A DNA stretch of 64,000 nucleotides from the human T2T-CHM13v2.0 reference genome, Homo sapiens, in the NCBI RefSeq assembly GCF_009914755.1, contig NC_060948.1, one strand, 5' to 3'. This document shows, one piece after another, positions 47,901 to 64,000 of this stretch. The notes beneath the pieces were generated by a model. The model did no database searches, was not told the DNA's origin, and saw only the letters and a program-made list of their open reading frames with translations. Every line of letters begins with the position of its first letter. The stretch's first letter is position 1. The translations under genes and the position numbers were made by a program.

Positions 47901-50867
47901 CTAGCTGCACATCTTTAACTATCTGATCTTTGACAAAATTGACAAGAACAAGCAATGGGGAAAGGATTTCCTATTCAGTAAATGGTGCTGGGATAACTGG
48001 CTAGCCATATGGAGAAGATTGAAACTTGACCCCTTCCTTATACTATATACAAAAATCAACTCAAGATGAATTAAAGACTTAAATGTAAAATCCAAGACTA
48101 CAAAAACCCTCGAAGACAACCTAGGTGATACCATCCTGGCCATAGGAATGGGTGAAGATTTCATGACCAAGATGCCAAAAGCAATAGCAACAAAAGCAAA
48201 AATTGTCAAATGGGATCTAATTAAACTAAAGAGCTTCTGCACAGCAAAAGAAAGTATCAACAGGGTAAACAAACAACCTACAGAATGGGAGAAAATTTTT
48301 GCAAGCACACATCTGACAAAGGTCTAATCTCTAGCATCTATAAGGCACTTAAACAAACGAACAAGAGAAAAACAACCCCATTAAAAAGTGGACAAAGGAC
48401 ATGAACAGACACTTTTCAAAAAAGATATACATGTGGCTAAGAAACAGATGAATAAAACCTCAACATCACTGATTAGTAAAGAAATGCAAATCAAAACCAC
48501 AGTGAGATACCACCTCACACCAGTCAGAATGTCTATTATTAAAAAGTCAAAAAAATAACAGGTGCTGGCAAGGCTGCACAGAAAAAGGAATGCTTATGAA
48601 CTGTTGGTGGGAATGTAAATTACTTCAACCATTGTGGAAAACATTGTGGCACTTCCTCAAAGACCTAAAAACACAATCCTCATTTGACCCAGCCATCTCA
48701 TTACTGGGTATATATCCAAAGGAATATAAATCATTCCATTCTAAAGACACATGTACACATATGTTCATTGTAGCATTAATCACAGTAGCAAAGACATGAA
48801 ATTCACCTAAATGTCAACGGTAGACTGGGTAAAGAAAATGTGGTACATATGTGCCATGGAATACTATGCAGCCATAAAAATGAGATCATGTCCTTTGCAA
48901 GAATATAAATGGAGCTGCAGGCCATTATCCTTAGCAAACTAATGCAGGAACAGAAAACCAAATGCCACATGTTCTCACTTATAAGTGGGAACTAAATGAT
49001 GAAAATACACGGACACATAGGGGAGAACAACATACACTGACGCCGACTGGAGGGTGGAGGGTGGGAGGAGGTAGAGGATCAGAAAAAACAACTAATGGGT
49101 ACTAGGATGAATGCCTGGGTGATGAAATAATCTGTACAACAAACCCCATGACATGAGTTTACCCATGTAACAAACCTACACAAGTACCAGTGAACTTAAA
49201 ATAATTAAAACAAAAATACAGGAAGAACAAATAAATAAATTCTCTGATTTTAACAGTGGTAGACCCTGTTCAGGTATACTTGAAAGTGAATGGAGTCTGT
49301 TTCCTTGTGCCCCCACACACCCTACCCACACACACAATGCTTCCACCAAGTATCCCCAGCTGCTTGCAAACTTAGCTCTAAACCTCTGCTTGGCATCAGA
49401 GCTAAGGCCAGTCTTCTCCCAGCCTCACAACCTCTGCTTTGGCACTGTCATCGTGCCACGCTCTTGAGAACATGCTCCAGAACCTGGCTTAGTTAAAGAC
49501 TGCTCTTTTCAGCTCAGTAATCCCCTGCCCACCCTAGGTAGGGCCCACGGCAATGGAGGGAGCATGTGGAGGAAGGGTTTGGTACCTCTGAGCTTCAAAA
49601 GGGGCCTAGTGCAGGGATGGAAGGAAATCTGAGAATAGAGTTTTAGAATGACTGAAAATGCCACCTCTGTGCTACTGTGGGACCTTCAACAGTCCATTCC
49701 CACAGCCATTCCTTGCAACCCCACCATAAGCATCTCCCTCCATGATCCATGGGTAAGAGCACATCTAGGAAAGCCTCTAATTGACATGGCAACTCGCTCC
49801 TATGATGCTTTCCAACTGATGTGTCAACTATCAGTTCCTTTCTTCCAGCATCTACGTATACAATTCCAACTCCTCAGGCCGTGCCAGCACTGATCAAAGC
49901 ACTACCATCTAGTTGTAGTAGTGACACTGTGGAAGAAATCAAACAGCATCTCCAGAGGCAAGATCACAACTCTTCATAACTCTTGGTTTGGCAGGATACA
50001 ACCTATCACTGATGCAGTGGTACTTATGTGCTGAGTATTTAAGTTATTAACCCACTGTGGCTGAGTGGGGAGAATGGAAGGTTCTGGAGTATGGAGAGAA
50101 CTTCTTGAACGTGGTTAGTGTATCTAAGAAACATGTATTGAAATAATTGGTGACTCAATAATCTATTCGTGCTTTAAATCTGAGTCCAAGGTACCCTCTG
50201 TAAGGAAGCTAAAATTCCAGCGTTGTTTCCTGATGTGGAAATAACCCTTCCTGAAGACCCTGGAATTCACACGTGACGGTTTTCTACAGAGGACACCTGT
50301 CCTTAAACCTCCTAGGAATAAAGGTCTTTGAGAACCTGTTCCTCTGTGCCTTCTACCTTTAGTAGTGCTTTAGCCACACCCCCAGCACAGAATTTGCTCC
50401 AGTGCTTTCTGGTGAGGTGTCTATTTCTTTGTCTTCGCTGCTAGATGACTAGCTCCTGAGAACACAGGCTACACCTTATTAATTGTAATCTCCCAAATAA
50501 ATGCTCAAGAATTCATAACCAATGGCTACAGTGAATCCAGGCAATAACCATAATAAAACTGAGAAGAATCAGGTTTCTTGGCCATCCAGAAAGTAGCAGA
50601 GAGTCCACTATGTTGTTCATTCTTAGCAATGATAAGTAGCTATTAAGCAACCTTAGCAGACATGTGCTAGGCAAAGGATGGAAAATTAAAATAACAATTG
50701 TCAGACACAGTGTGTTTTATGAAAAATTGCTTCAGAACATTCAGGCAATTATGGGGATGGGAAACACACTGGGACAGTCACAATTTCAGTGAAGTTTTCT
50801 CCTCTGTTCCAGCCTTCCCAGTAGCAACCCTACACATTTGAACCATAGTGAATAGCCACACATTTGA

Positions 50868-51195
<328 letters not shown>

Positions 51196-52501
51196 ACAAC
51201 CATTTCATTATCTCTTCCCACCTTTCCTCCTTTCCCCCAACCCCCCACAACACAAAAACTAATTAGAAGGTATCATCCTCACCATAGCAACATCAGATAT
51301 TGTGCAATGATTGCAGCACACTTTCTGGTGACTGTGCTGCTTATAGCCCACTGGATGCAGAATGAATTCATGCGCAACCTCTCCCAGATAACTCCTGATT
51401 CAGAGCACTCTTTGTTCAGTTGCCAGAAGTAATAGTGCTTTTTATTTTAGGAATTTAAGAAGTTTCTTCTTTTAGAATCCTCACATTTCACAAATAAATT
51501 GCTGAAGGCCATTAAAAAAGAATGTCCTATTTTCTCAGCTATTTATTTCCTGCAGCATCTACTTTTTCAGAACTGAAGACTTAATGCCATTCATTCATTA
51601 GATATACATCCAATCAAGCTCCAAATCCATAGCAATCTTAGAAAGGTGCAATTTACCAGCCCCTATCTTGGACCTGGAGTTTACATATATATAGAATCTT
51701 ATCTTGTTAAGGCAGCTGAGGAGTTTCAAAGGAAAGATGGACCTTGATATCTAGTCTGCAGTTGTGAATCCTACCTATAAGGTCAGTCTCTCTCCTGGGT
51801 TGCCAATAAGGCTTTGCCTTGTATTTTGATAAGAAAACAAGACTACCGGACTTGAACATAAGGGTGATGGTGAAGACTCCTCCTCAGAAAGTCATCTTCA
51901 GCCAAGCATGCCTTCCTAAAGTTAGCCAAGGCCAAGCAAGTTACATTTCAATTTACAAAGAATGGAAGTGGAAACTCAGTGTAAAAGAGGGTGCCTGGGA
52001 GGAACAGCCAGCCATGTGCACGTGGACCCACAAGCAGATGAGAAGGCAGACTCTTCCATCTTGCTACCTGTTACTTCTCTTCATTATCTATACACAGAAA
52101 GTGTAGAAGTCACAGATTCTTTTTTAGAAACTCTGCTATTTGTTTCATGTCAGACTCCCCAGAACATTTCAGTTGAGTATGACTAAGCAAAACTTGCTGC
52201 TGTTTCCCTCTCCTTTAACCTTTACTGACTGGTGCTAACAAATTCAAAAATAGCCAAAAAGTGAGCTAGAAAAAGAAAATCGAGGACAAAAAAAAAAAAA
52301 AAGAGTTCAAATCAGAATAGCTGGTTCCTCAGCCCTTGTAAAAGTTATTCTCTCAATAAGTGCAGATGCCAAACGACTCTAGACTCATTAACTGATTGCA
52401 CATTGCTGACATCTTCCCTTGAGAACTCCACTGACATTTCAAACAGTGATGCTCAGATATCTGCACAGGAAACTTCTTGTCTTTTCTCAAAGAAAGTTAC
52501 C

Positions 52502-58004
<5,503 letters not shown>

Positions 58005-58024
58005 TTTAACTGTTTAAATCTTAA

Positions 58025-58312
58025 TTTTTTTTGAGACAGTCTCACACTGTGGCCCTGGCTGGAGTGTAGTGTCAAGATCTTGGTTTTTGCAGCCTTGAGT
58101 TCCCCAGGCTCAGGTGATCATCCCACCTCAGTTTACTGAGTAGCTGGGACTATAGGCACACACCACCACATCTGGCTAATTTTCATATTTTTTTGTAGAG
58201 AGAAGGTTTTGTCATGTTGCCCAGGCTTGCCTAGAACTCCTGGGCTAAATCAATCTGCCCACCTTGACCTCCAAAGGTAGTGGTATTACAGGCATAAACA
58301 AGAGCACCTAGC
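58025..58312 (-). mobile_element. AluJ, strongly diverged
   Basis: J-type arms; CpGs lost. Confidence 0.85.
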
Positions 58313-58696
58313 CTCTGTCTGAACTCTTAAAACCAGAAACAGAGCATGACAATGTAAAAATACAAAGAAACATTGACTGGAAGAATAGAGACAGGAGACC
58401 TGTGGAGGTTGTTCTGTCCCCAATGTCTTGCCGTAATATGTGTCCTGCATATGGGTAGAAACTCATAAAATACAAAGACTGTAGGTTTAGCATGAGGATA
58501 TGTCATGTGGCCAATGATGAGGAAGTTCTGTCTTTCCCTTCATCAATTGGGCTATTGTGCATGATCTGTTTTTGTTTGCTGAAATTCAGGTTAGAGATAG
58601 AAAACTTCCTTATGTTGGAAGAGCTTTAAACATTCTCAGACCTAGTCATCACTCACTTGGTGTCTGGGGTTCACCTTCATACTCCAGGTCACAAAG

Positions 58697-58885
58697 CAGC
58701 TCTGTCCAATGGAACATTCTACAGTCATGAAAATGTGCTATAATCTGCACAGTTCAATAGCTAGCTAGCTGCTATTGAACACTGAAAATATGGTGGCTAG
58801 TGGTGAATAAACAAATGGATTTTTATTTTATTTAATGTTAATTCACTTAATTCACTTAAATTTAAATAGCTACATGCAACAGGCT
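58697..58885. mobile_element. MER3-like hAT-Charlie element
   Basis: 'ctgtccaatggaacattctac..gaaaatgt..ttaaatagctacatg'. Confidence 0.65.
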
Positions 58886-59055
58886 ATCCTGTTACACATT
58901 GCAATCCTAGGACCTGTGGGTTTCTGAAATCCGATGCAAAGTCTTTGCAAATATGACTATTCAAAGTATATCCTGGGCTCTTGATCAATGAGGATGTGAG
59001 CATCTCCAAAACAGAATGATCCCTGATGGAAACAAGTGCAATGACTTTATCTGTA

Positions 59056-59486
59056 CAGTTGACCCTTGAACACCACAGGTTAGATCTGCAGAAGTCCACT
59101 TATATGGGGATTTTCTTTCACCTTTGCCACTGCTGAGACAGCAAGACCAACCTCTTCTCTTGCTCCTCCTCCTCAACATACTCAATATGAAGATGTTGAT
59201 GATAAAGACCTTTATGATGATCCACTTCTATTTAATGAATAGCAAATATACTTTCTCTTACTTATGATTTAATTTTATCCAGCTTGCCTTATTGGAAGGA
59301 TACAGAACATAATGCACATAACATACAAAATAGATGTTAACCAACTGCTTATGTTATCATCAGTAAGGCTTCCAATCAGTAGTAGGCTATTGGTAGCTAA
59401 GTTTGGGGAGCCAACCGTTATGTGCAGATTTTTCACTGGGCAGGGGATCAGTGACTCTAATGCACATATTGTTAGAGGGTCAAACG
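59056..59486 (+). mobile_element. Tigger2a-like TcMar element
   Basis: TA|cagttgacccttgaaca ... gagggtcaaacg|TA terminal inverted repeats. Confidence 0.8.
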
Positions 59487-59736
59487 TACTTGCCAGCAGA
59501 ATATTGGCCTTATTTTTCTGTGAGGCCAGATGGCTCTTTCCTCCCTCTGAATCTGAATTCATGGGTTTTGTTTTAGAAAATATATCTAATTTCAAAAAAG
59601 CTATGCACAAGTTGAAAAGTCTCTCTTGTGGCATGCATTGAAAAGATTCAAGAGCAGGAACTATGTTACTGTTGGTATTATGTTCCCAACGTGGACCGTG
59701 GTGTCTGAAGCATAGTAGAAGCTTGGTAGCTGTAGA

Positions 59737-59972
59737 GGAAAGGAAGGAAAGAAGGAAGGAAGGAAGGAAGGAAGGAAGGAAGGAAGGAAGGAAAGGAAGG
59801 AAGGGAGGAAGGAAGAATGGAAGGAAAGGAGAAAGGAAAGAAGGAAGAAAGGAAGAGAGGGAGGGAGAAAGGGAGAAATAAGGAAAGAAAGAAGGAAGGA
59901 AGAAAGAAAGGAAGGAAGGAAGAAAGGAAGGAAGGAAGAAAGGAAAGAAGGAAGAAAGGAAAGAAGGAGGAA
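59737..59972. repeat. (GGAA)n-rich polypurine microsatellite
   Basis: 10 uninterrupted GGAA at 59754-59793 plus degenerate units. Confidence 0.95.
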
Positions 59973-60204
59973 ATAACAGAGATTCAATGAAACAGGCAAC
60001 TTGATGTGGTGGTTAACTTTATGGGTCAACTTGAACGAACCACAAGGTGCCCAGAATTTTGTTAAACATTATTGCTGGATATGTCAGTGAAAATGTTTGC
60101 AGAGAAGATTAGCAATTGGTGGATTGTGTGAAGCAGGTTGCCCTCATTGGTGTAGATAGGCATGATCCAATCTGTTGAAGGTCTAAATATAAAAGAAAGA
60201 AAAA

Positions 60205-63683
<3,479 letters not shown>

Positions 63684-64000
63684 AAGTGAGAAATCACTCT
63701 TTCTACCTGACTGCTTGACCTGGGACATTGGTCTTCTCCTGCTATTAGACTGAAACTTAAACCATTGTTCCTTCTGGAACTGAGACTTCTGCACTTGGAC
63801 TGGAACCCACACCTTCAGCCCTCCTGGGTCTCCAGCCTTCAGAGTCAGACTGCAAATCACACTCCTGGCTCTCCTGGGTCTTATGCCTTTAGGCTCAGCC
63901 TGGAACTCAAACCCTTAGCTCTCCTGGGTCTCAGGCCTTCAGACTTAGACTGGAACTCACACCATTGGCTCTCCTGGGTCTTAGGTCTTCACACTTAGAC

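Noticed and set aside
63720-64000. Spaced direct repeats (ctctcctgggtct) resembling a CRISPR-like array
   Set aside because: These are degenerate internal repeats of an MLT2 LTR in mammalian DNA; there are no uniform spacers or cas genes.

Overview
Human/great-ape-type genomic DNA made up mostly of interspersed repeats. I found no recognisable protein-coding gene, RNA gene or CRISPR array; the longer ORFs in the track are Alu-, L1- or microsatellite-derived. Left 53.5 kb: an Alu-rich mosaic with an old L1MB (1-4.6 kb), MaLR/ERV1 solo LTRs, hAT DNA transposons, L2/MIR relics, a full-length but dead L1PA13-16-type LINE (41.6-49.2 kb) and repeat-poor islands with candidate splice sites and CTCF motifs. 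At ~53.5 kb an Alu-spacer tandem array breaks off mid-AluY and joins, through a 26-nt near-palindromic filler, a 3'-truncated L1PA3-type element. That L1 looks far more CpG-decayed than the neighbouring AluYs, so this is a candidate segmental duplication/transposition breakpoint. Other notable structures are two locally templated insertions (one with a fold-back, one inside a MER39 LTR with asymmetric CpG decay), deep TE nesting, and a 5'-inverted L1 with a large gap. Subfamily names come from recalled consensus sequences and need RepeatMasker/Dfam confirmation. I see no convincing new biological system; the best signals are rearrangement and repair scars plus a possible unannotated spliced non-coding transcript.
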